Positions 53,801 through 64,000 of a stretch of DNA of 64,000 bases are shown piece by piece. The position numbers and the translations under genes were made by a program. The stretch lies in assembly GCA_964016885.1 (NCBI GenBank), contig OZ024740.1, positions 433,070,001 to 433,134,000 of the forward strand. Direction: 5' to 3'. The DNA is from Eledone cirrhosa (taxonomy: Eukaryota). Numbering within the stretch: the first letter of the stretch is position 1; each line of letters opens with the position of its first letter. The notes under the pieces are model-generated. The model was not told where the DNA came from. It ran no database searches and saw nothing but the letters and a program-made list of their open reading frames with translations.

Positions 53801-56800
53801 CCACAGTGACAAGATATTTCCTACCCAGGCTCAAAGGTACATATTCGACAGTGACAAGATATTTCCTACCCAGGCTCAAAGGTATATATTCCACAGTGAC
53901 AAGATATTTCCTACCCAGTCTAAAAGGTATATATTCCACAGTGACAAGATATTTCCTATCCAGGCTCAAAGGTATATATTCCACAGTGACAAGATATTTG
54001 CTACCCAGGCTAAAGTTATATATTCCACAGTGAGAGATATTTCCTACCCAGGCTCAAAGGTATATATTCCACAGTGACAAGATATTTGCTACCCAGTCTC
54101 AAAGTTATATATTCCACAGTGACACGATATTTCCTACCCAGACTCAAAGGTATATATTCAACAGTGACAAGATATTTCCTACCCAGGCTCAAAGGTATAT
54201 ATGCCACAATGACAAGATATTTCCTACCCAGACTCAAAGGTACATATTCCACAATGACAAGATATTTCCTACCCAGGCTCAAAGTTACATATTCCACAAT
54301 GACAAGATATTTCCTACCCAGGCTCAAAGTTACATATTCCACAATGACAAGATATTTCCTACCCAGGCTCAAAGGTATATATTCCACAGTGACAAGATAT
54401 TTGCTACCCAGGCTCAAAGTTATATATTCCACAGTGACAAGATATTTCCTACGCAGACTCAAAGGTGCATATTCCACAATGACAAGATATTTCCTACCCA
54501 GGCTCAAAGTTACATATTCAACAATGACAAGATATTTCCTACTCAGGCTCAAAGTTACATATTCCACAATGACAAGATATTTCCTACCCAGGCTCATAGG
54601 TATATATTCCACAGTGACAAGATATTTCCTACCCAGGCTCAAAGGTATATATTCCACAGTGACAAGATATTTGCTACCCAGGCTCAAAGTTATATATTCC
54701 ACAGTGACAAGATATTTCCTACCCAGACTCAAAGGTATATATTCCACAGTGACAAGATATTTCCTACCCAGGCTCAAAGGTATATATTCCACAGTGACAA
54801 GATATTTCCTACCCAGACTCAAGGTACATATTCCACAATGACAAGATATTTCCTACCCAACTCAAAGTTACATATTCCACAATGACAAGATATTTCCTAC
54901 CCAGGCTCAAAGTTACATATTCCACAGTGACAAGATATTTCCTACCCAGTCTCAAAGGTACATATTCCACAATGACAAGATATTTCCTACCCAGGCTCAA
55001 ATTTACATATTCCACAATGACAAGATATTTCCTACCCAGGCTCAAAGGTATATATTCCACAGTGACAAGATATTTCCTACCCAGACTTAAAGGTATATAT
55101 TCCACAGTGACAAGATATTTCCTACCCAGGCTCAAAGGTATACGTTCCACAGTGACAAGATATTTCCTACCCAGGTTCAAAGTTATATATTCCACAGTGA
55201 CAAGATATTTCCTACCCAGGCTCAAAGGTATATATTCCACAGTGACAAGATATTTGCTACCCAGGCTCAAAGTTATATATTCCACAGTGACAAGATATTT
55301 CCTACGCAGACTCAAAGGTGCATATTCCACAATGACAAGATATTTCCTACCCAGGCTCAAAGTTACATATTCAACAATGACAAGATATTTCCTACTCAGG
55401 CTCAAAGTTACATATTCCACAATGACAAGATATTTCCTACCCAGGCTCATAGGTATATATTCCACAGTGACAAGATATTTCTTACCCAGGCTCAAAGGTA
55501 TATATTCCACAGTGACAAGATATTTGCTACCCAGGCTCAAAGTTATATATTCCACAGTGACAAGATATTTCCTACCCAGACTCAAAGGTATATATTCCAC
55601 AGTGACAAGATATTTCCTACCCAGGCTCAAAGGTATATATTCCACAGTGACAAGATATTTCCTACCCAGGCTCAAAGGTATATATTCCACAGTGACAAGA
55701 TATTTCCTACCCAGACTCCAGGTACATATTCCACAATGACAAGATATTTCCTACCCAACTCAAAGTTACATATTCCACAATGACAAGATATTTCCTACCC
55801 AGGCTCAAAGTTACATATTCCACAGTGACAAGATATTTCCTACCCAGTCTCAAAGGTACATATTCCACAATGACAAGATATTTCCTACCCAGGCTCAAAG
55901 GTACATATTCCACAGTGACAAGATATTTCCTACTCAGGCTCAAAGGTATATATTCCACAGTGACAAGATATTTCCTACCCAGACTCAAAGGTATATATTC
56001 CACAGTGACAAGATATTTCCTACCCAGACTCAAAGGTACATATTCCACAGTGACAAGATATTTCCTACCCAGGCTCAAAGGTATATATTCCACAGTGACA
56101 AGATATTTGCTACCCAGGCTCAAAGTTATATATTCCACAGTGAGAGATATTTCCTACCCAGGCTCAAAGGTATATATTCCACAGTGACAAGATATTTGCT
56201 ACCCAGGCTCAAAGTTATATATTCCACAGTGACAAGATATTTCCTACCCAGGCTCAAAGTTATATATTCCACAGTAACAAGATATTTCCTACTCAGGCTC
56301 AAAGTTATATATTCCACAGTGACAAGATATTTCCTACCCAGACTCAAAGGTATATATTCCACAGTGACAAGATATTTCCTACCCAGGCTCAAAGGTACAT
56401 ATTCCACAGTGACAAGATATTTCCTACTCAGGCTCAAAGGTATATATTCCACAGTGACAAGATATTTCTTACCCAGGCTCAAAGGTATATATTCCACAGT
56501 GACAAGATATTTCCTATCCAGGCTCAAAGGTATATATTCCACAGTGACAAGATATTTGCTACCCAGGCTAAAGTTATATATTCCACAGTGAGAGATATTT
56601 CCTACCCAGGCTCAAAGGTATATATTCCACAGTGACAAGATATTTGCTACCCAGTCTCAAAGTTATATATTCCACAGTGACAAGATATTTCCTACCCAGA
56701 CTCAAAGGTATATATTCAACAGTGACAAGATATTTCCTACCCAGGCTCAAAGGTATATATGCCACAGTGACAAGATATTTCCTACCCAGACTCAAAGGTA

Positions 56801-58489
56801 CATATTCCACAATGACAAGATATTTCCTACCCAGGCTCAAAGTTACATATTCCACAATGACAAGATATTTCCTACCCAGGCTCAAAGTTACATATTCCAC
56901 AATGACAAGATATTTCCTACCCAGGCTCAAAGGTATATATTCCACAGTGACAAGATATTTCCTACCCAGACTTAAAGGTATATATTCCACAGTGACAAGA
57001 TATTTCCTACCCAGGCTCAAAGGTATACGTTCCACAGTGACAAGATATTTCCTACCCAGGCTCAAAGTTATATATTCCACAGTGACAAGATATTTCCTAC
57101 CCAGGCTCAAAGGTATATATTCCACAGTGACAAGATATTTGCTACCCAGGCTCAAAGTTATATATTCCACAGTGACAAGATATTTCCTACGCAGACTCAA
57201 AGGTGCATATTCCACAATGACAAGATATTTCCTACCCAGGCTCAAAGTTAGATATTCAACAATGACAAGATATTTCCTACTCAGGCTCAAAGTTACATAT
57301 TCCACAATGACAAGATATTTCCTACCCAGGCTCATAGGTATATATTCCACAGTGACAAGATATTTCCTACCCAGGCTCAAAGGTATATATTCCACAGTGA
57401 CAAGATATTTCCTACCCAGGCTCAAAGGTATATATTCCACAGTGACAAGATATTTCCTACCCAGACTCAAGGTACATATTCCACAATGACAAGATATTTC
57501 CTACCCAACTCAAAGTTACATATTCCACAATGACAAGATATTTCCTACCCAGGCTCAAAGTTACATATTCCACAGTGACAAGATATTTCCTACCCAGTCT
57601 CAAAGGTACATATTCCACAATGACAAGATATTTCCTACCCAGGCTCAAAGTTACATATTCCACAGTGACAAGATATTTCCTACTCAGGCTCAAAGTTACA
57701 TATTCCACAGTGACAAGATATTTCCTACTCAGGCTCAAAGTCACATATTCCACAGTGACAAGATATTTCCTACCCAGTCTCAAAGGTACATATTCCACAA
57801 TGACAAGATATTTCCTACCGAGGCTCAAAGTTATATATTCCACAGTGACAAGATATTTCCTACTCAGGCTCAAAGGTATATATTCCACAGTGACAAGATA
57901 TTTCCTACCCAGACTCAAAGGTATATATTCCACAGTGACAAGATATTTCCTACCCAGACTCAAAGGTACATATTCCACAGTGACAAGATATTTCCTACCC
58001 AGGCTCAAAGGTATATATTCCACAGTGACAAGATATTTGCTACCCAGGCTCAAAGTTATATATTCCACAGTGAGAGATATTTCCTACCCAGGCTCAAAGG
58101 TATATATTCCACAGTGACAAGATATTTGCTACCCAGGCTCAAAGTTATATATTCCACAGTGACAAGATATTTCCTACCCAGACTCAAAGGTATATATTCC
58201 ACAGTGACAAGATATTTCCTACCCAGGCTCAAAGTTATTTATTCCACAGTGACAAGATATTTGCTACCCAGGCTCAAAGTTATATATTCCACAGTAACAA
58301 GATATTTCCTACTCAGGCTCAAAGTTATATATTCCACAGTGACAAGATATTTCCTACCCAGACTCAAAGGTATATATTCCACAGTGACAAGATATTTCCT
58401 ACCCAGGCTCAAAGGTACATATTCCACAGTGACAAGATATTTCCTACCCAGGCTCAAAGGTACATATTCCACAGTGACAAGATATTTGC
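14836..58489. repeat. 45-bp satellite, ~970 head-to-tail copies, 43.7 kb
   Basis: Consensus ACAGTGACAAGATATTTCCTACCCAGGCTCAAAGGTATATATTCC with recurrent single-base variants. No inversions or foreign insertions were seen. Confidence 0.99.
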
Positions 58490-58560
58490 ATATCAGAATT
58501 TATTACCAATATCTTCATAAATTCAGATCAGTATTGGTGTTGATTATTAATAGATGAAAG

Positions 58561-58746
58561 GGCGGTGGATTGGCAGTATCGGTAGAAGGTCGTACGCCAT
58601 GCTTTGACGCATAGAGTTACGGCCCTTGCCATTCTTAGTTCAAATCCCGCCGTGGTTAACTTTGCCTTTCATCCTTACGGGGTCGATAAAATTAAGTACC
58701 AGTAATGCACTGGGTATTTGCTCGCCTTGTGCCAAACGTAGAAACA
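58561..58746 (+). mobile_element. tRNA-derived SINE with perfect 19-bp TSD
   Basis: A-box tggcagtatcgg and B-box tagttcaaatcc; attattaatagatgaaagg at 58543-58561 and 58747-58765. Confidence 0.93.
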
Positions 58747-59015
58747 ATTATTAATAGATGAAAGGAGATTTCATCAAAAACTATTAAAGAAGAAATATAA
58801 GCCTGGAAAGTTGATGAAAGAAAAAAACTGACCAAACAAATAGAAAATATGGTAAATATATTTGATGGATAAACAGACGAGATGAAACTTGGAAACACAA
58901 AGTCTAAAGTGTATGTAAACAAAGGAATAAAAGTTTCTCAAGTGGGGTCAGTTTTAGGAGATTTAGAATTGTGGAGATGGTGATTAATGAGAGAATTGTA
59001 TTCCTAAGATGGAAA

Positions 59016-59232
59016 TAAGGATTTCCACTATAGGGACAAGGCCAGCAATTTGGAGGGAGGGAAAAGTTGATTAAATCGACTCCAGTACATTACTGGTAGT
59101 TTATTTTATCGACCACATAAGGATGAAAGGCAAGGTTAACATCGGCGGGATTTGAACCTAGAACGTAAAGAGCCGCAACTCTGTACCGTTAAGCATGTCC
59201 GGCACACTACCGATACTGCCAATCCACCGCCC
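59016..59232 (-). mobile_element. tRNA-derived SINE, related subfamily
   Basis: Same head (gggcggtggattggcagtatcggtag) and core on the minus strand; TSD-like tcctaagatggaaa (59002) / tcctaggatggaaa (59233). Confidence 0.9.
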
Positions 59233-59295
59233 TCCTAGGATGGAAAGATATAAATGAACAAAAAATAACAAAAAAAAAAAGTAAAGAAAGAAAAC

Positions 59296-59371
59296 CTTAG
59301 GATCAATATTTCTAAATGTTATAAAGCTGGTATCATTATTCTTCATTAAGTTGCCCACAATGTCCTGTTCT
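59296..59371 (-). CDS. Weak candidate exon (EQDIVGNLMKNNDTSFITFRNIDPK)
   Basis: aattatag| acceptor, 76-nt open frame, weak AAG|GTTTTC donor. Confidence 0.22.
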
Positions 59372-59486
59372 CTATAATTAACTAATTAGGAAGTCGCCTA
59401 TTTTCAGGAGGAGATGGAATTTTTAATCGTTTAAATATATCAACCTAAAAAATTGATTGGCTAATGATTTTTAAATGGTTTTCAGT

Positions 59487-62400
59487 ACTGAGTGTTGTTA
59501 CAGTAATAGGTTGGTCAGGACTGAGTGTTGTTACAGTAATATGTTGGTCAGGACTGAGTGTTGTTACAGTAATATGTTGGTGAGGACTGAGTGTTGTTAC
59601 AGTGATATGTTGGTGAGGACTGAGTGTTGTTACAGTAATATGTTGGTGAGGACTGAGTGTTGTTACAGTAATATGTTGGTGAGGACTGGGTGTTGTTACA
59701 GTAATATGTTGGTGAGGACTGAGTGTTGTTACAGTAATATGTTGGTGAGGACTGAGTGTTGTTACAGTGATATGTTGGTGAGGACTGAGTGTTGTTACAG
59801 TAATATGTTGGTGAGGACTGAGTGTTGTTACAGTGATATGTTGGTGAGGACTGAGTGTTACAGTGATATGTTGGTGAGGACTGAGTGTTGTTACAGTAAT
59901 ATGTTGGTGAGGACTGAGTGTTGTTACAGTAATATGTTGGTGAGGACTGAGTGTTGTTACAGTAATATGTTGGTGAGGACTGAGTGTTGTTACAGTGATA
60001 TGTTGGTCAGGACTGAGTGTTGTTACAGTGATATGTTGGTGAGGACTGAGTGTTGTTACAGTGATATGTTGGTGAGGACTGAGTGTTACAGTAATATGTT
60101 GGTGAGGACTGAGTGTTGTTACAGTGATATGTTGGTGAGGACTGAGTGTTGTTACAGTAATATGTTGGTGAGGACTGAGTGTTGTTACAGTAATATGTTG
60201 GTGAGGACTGAGTGTTGTTACAGTGATATGTTGGTCAGGACTGAGTGTTGTTACAGTGATATGTTGGTGAGGACTGAGTGTTGTTACAGTAATATGTTGG
60301 TGAGGACTGAGTGTTGTTACAGTAATATGTTGGTGAGGACTGAGTGTTGTTACAGTAATAGGTTGGTCAGGACTGAGTGTTGTTACAGTGATATGTTGGT
60401 GAGGACTGAGTGTTGTTACAGTAATATGTTGGTGAGGACTGAGTGTTGTTACAGTAATATGTTGGTGAGGACTGAGTGTTGTTACAGTGATAGGTTGGTG
60501 AGGACTGAGTGTTGTTACAGTGATATGTTGGTGAGGACTGAGTGTTACAGTAATATGTTGGTGAGGACTGAGTGTTGTTACAGTAATATGTTGGTGAGGA
60601 CTGAGTGTTGTTACAGTGATAGGTTGGTGAGGACTGAGTGTTGTTACAGTGATATGTTGGTGAGGACTGAGTGTTACAGTAATATGTTGGTGAGGACTGA
60701 GTGTTGTTAGTGATATGTTGGTGAGGACTGAGTGTTGTTACAGTAATATGTTGGTGAGGACTGAGTGTTGTTACAGTAATATGTTGGTGAGGACTGAGTG
60801 TTGTTACAGTGATATGTTGGTGAGGACTGAGTGTTGTTACAGTGATATGTTGGTGAGGACTGAGTGTTGTTACAGTAATATGTTGGTGAGGACTGAGTGT
60901 TGTTACAGTAATATGTTGGTGAGGACTGAGTGTTGTTACAGTAATATGTTGGTGAGGACTGAGTGTTGTTACAGTGATATGTTGGTGAGGACTGAGTGTT
61001 GTTACAGTAATATGTTGGTGAGGACTGAGTGTTGTTACAGTAATATGTTGGTGAGGACTGAGTGTTGTTACAGTGATATGTTGGTGAGGACTGAGTGTTG
61101 TTACAGTAATATGTTGGTGAGGACTGAGTGTTGTTACAGTGATATGTTGGTGAGGACTGAGTGTTGTTACAGTAATATGTTGGTGAGGACTGAGTGTTGT
61201 TACAGTGATATGTTGGTGAGGACTGAGTGTTGTTACAGTAATATGTTGGTGAGGACTGAGTGTTGTTACAGTAATATGTTGGTGAGGACTGAGTGTTGTT
61301 ACAGTAATAGGTTGGTGAGGACTGAGTGTTGTTACAGTAATATGTTGGTGAGGACTGAGTGTTGTTACAGTGATATGTTGGTGAGGACTGACTGTTGTTA
61401 CAGTGATATGTTGGTGAGGACTGAGTGTTGTTACAGTGATATGTTGGTGAGGACTGAGTGTTGTTACAGTGATATGTTGGTGAGGACTGAGTGTTGTTAC
61501 AGTAATATGTTGGTGAGGACTGAGTGTTGTTACAGTGATATGTTGGTGAGGAGTGAGTGTTGTTACAGTGATATGTTGGTGAGGACTGAGTGTTGTTACA
61601 GTGATATGTTGGTGAGGACTGACTGTTGTTACAGTGATATGTTGGTGAGGACTGAGTGTTGTTACAGTGATATGTTGGTGAGGACTGAGTGTTGTTACAG
61701 TGATATGTTGGTGAGGACTGAGTGTTGTTACAGTAATATGTTGGTGAGGACTGAGTGTTGTTACAGTGATATGTTGGTAAGGACTGAGTGTTGTTACAGT
61801 AATATGTTGGTGAGGACTGAGTGTTGTTACAGTGATATGTTGGTGAGGACTGACTGTTGTTACAGTGATATGTTGGTGAGGACTGAGTGTTGTTACAGTA
61901 ATATGTTGGTGAGGACTGAGTGTTGTTACAGTGATATGTTGGTGAGGACTGAGTGTTGTTACAGTGATATGTTGGTAAGGACTGAGTGTTGTTACAGTGA
62001 TATGTTGGTGAGGACTGAGTGTTGTTACAGTGATATGTTGGTGAGGACTGAGTGTTGTTACAGTAATATGTTGGTGGGACTGAGTGTTGTTACAGTAATA
62101 TGTTGTTAAGGACTGAGTGTTGTTACAGTGATATGTTGGTGAGGACTGAGTGTTGTTACAGTGATATGTTGGTGAGGACAGTGTTACAGTGATATGTTGG
62201 TGAGGACTGAGTGTTGTTACGGTGATATGTTGGTGAGGACTGAGTGTTGTTACAGTAATATGTTGGTGAGGACTGAGTGTTGTTACAGTAATATGTTGGT
62301 GAGGACTGAGTGTTGTTACAGTAATATGTTGGTGAGGACTGAGTGTTGTTACAGTAATATGTTGGTGAGGACTGAGTGTTGTTACAGTAATATGTTGGTG

Positions 62401-64000
62401 AGGACTGAGTGTTGTTACAGTAATATGTTGGTGAGGACTGAGTGTTGTTACAGTAATATGTTGGTGAGGACTGAGTGTTGTTACAGTAATATGTTGGTGA
62501 GGACTGAGTGTTGTTACAGTAATATGTTGGTGAGGACTGAGTGTTGTTACAGTGATATGTTGGTGAGGACAGTGTTGTTACAGTGATATGTTGGTGAGGA
62601 CTGAGTGTTGTTACAGTGATATGTTGGTGAGGACTGAGTGTTGTTACAGTAATATGTTGGTGAGGACTGAGTGTTGTTACAGTGATATGTTGGTGAGGAC
62701 TGAGTGTTGTTACAGTGATATGTTGGTGAGGACTGAGTGTTGTTACAGTGATATGTTGGTGAGGACTGAGTGTTGTTACAGTGATATGTTGGTGAGGACT
62801 GAGTGTTGTTACAGTGATATGTTGGTGAGGACTGAGTGTTGTTACAGTAATATGTTGGTGAGGACTGAGTGTTGTTACAGTAATATGTTGGTGAGGACTG
62901 AGTGTTGTTACAGTAATATGTTGGTGAGGACTGAGTGTTGTTACAGTAATATGTTGGTGAGGACTGAGTGTTGTTACAGTGATATGTTGGTGAGGACTGA
63001 GTGGTGTTACAGTGATATGTTGGTGAGGACTGAGTGTTGTTACAGTGATATGTTGGTGAGGACTGAGTGTTGTTACAGTAATATGTTGGTGAGGACTGAG
63101 TGTTGTTACAGTGATATGTTGGTGAGGACTGAGTGTTGTTACAGTGATATGTTGGTGAGGACTGAGTGGTGTTACAGTGATATGTTGGTGAGGACTGAGT
63201 GTTGTTACAGTGATATGTTGGTGAGGACTGAGTGTTGTTACAGTGATATGTTGGTGAGGACTGAGTGGTGTTACAGTGATATGTTGGTGAGGACAGTGTT
63301 GTTACAGTGATATGTTGGTGAGGACTGAGTGTTGTTACAGTGATATGTTGGTGAGGACTGAGTGTTGTTACAGTGATATGTTGGTGAGGACAGTGTTGTT
63401 ACAGTGATATGTTGGTGAGGACTGAGTGTTGTTACAGTGATATGTTGGTGAGGACTGAGTGTTGTTACAGTGATATGTTGGTGAGGACTGAGTGTTGTTA
63501 CAGTGATATGTTGGTGAGGACTGAGTGTTGTTACAGTGATATGTTGGTGAGGACAGTGTTGTTACAGTGATATGTTGGTGAGGACTGAGTGTTGTTACAG
63601 TGATATGTTGGTGAGGACTGAGTGTTGTTACAGTGATATGTTGGTGAGGACTGAGTGTTGTTACAGTGATATGTTGGTGAGGACAGTGTTGTTACAGTGA
63701 TATGTTGGTGAGGACTGAGTGTTGTTACAGTGATATGTTGGTGAGGACTGAGTGTTGTTACAGTGATATGTTGGTGAGGACAGTGTTGTTACAGTGATAT
63801 GTTGGTGAGGACTGAGTGTTGTTACAGTGATATGTTGGTGAGGACTGAGTGTTGTTACAGTGATATGTTGGTGAGGACTGAGTGTTGTTACAGTGATATG
63901 TTGGTGAGGACTGAGTGTTGTTACAGTAATATGTTGGTGAGGACTGAGTGTTGTTACAGTAATATGTTGGTGAGGACTGAGTGTTGTTACAGTGATATGT
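59487..64000. repeat. 33-bp tandem repeat, ~137 copies, truncated by window end
   Basis: Unit ATGTTGGTGAGGACTGAGTGTTGTTACAGTRAT, with 30-bp and 31-bp deletion variants. Confidence 0.98.

Noticed and set aside
14836-58489. CRISPR array or variable-cassette system
   Set aside because: There are no unique spacers; units differ only by recurrent point variants. No cas genes, and the context is eukaryotic.
14832-58557. Giant ORFs (up to 3736 aa) on both strands as genes
   Set aside because: The 45-nt unit is divisible by 3 and stop-free in three frames, so long ORFs are automatic. They overlap on both strands, swap frames at indels, lack unique domains, and many listed starts are GTG/TTG.
59475-63310. 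Metallothionein-like or Cys-rich protein genes
   Set aside because: Pure 33-bp tandem repeat with repeated frameshifts; kept only as a low-interest hypothesis.

Overview
AT-rich eukaryotic genomic DNA. No prokaryotic genes, CRISPR, rRNA or true tRNA were found. From recall, the SINE, MITE and RTE repertoire resembles octopod cephalopod repeats; this was not checked by search. About 80% of the window is tandem repeat: a 20-bp array (~2.45-3.62 kb), a 77-bp array (~4.17-5.84 kb), a 43.7-kb 45-bp satellite (~970 copies, 14836-58489) and a 33-bp array (59487 to window end). The giant ORFs in the ORF track are read-throughs of the 45-bp and 33-bp units and are probably not genes. The unique parts hold a frameshifted RTE-type LINE (endonuclease and RT), further LINE fragments, tRNA-derived SINEs with target-site duplications, TTAA-flanked MITEs, two foldback elements between (TA)n tracts, and several candidate minus-strand exons of an unidentified spliced gene (three are phase-compatible). 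The best-supported points of interest are the internal architecture of the 45-bp satellite (nested higher-order repeats, an ~11.7-kb internal duplication, an indel gradient, a seed-like unit at its left edge) and the hidden exon chain. More speculative are an AG|GTGAGT site beside the satellite and a splice-acceptor-like motif shared by all four arrays. No novel system can be demonstrated from sequence alone.
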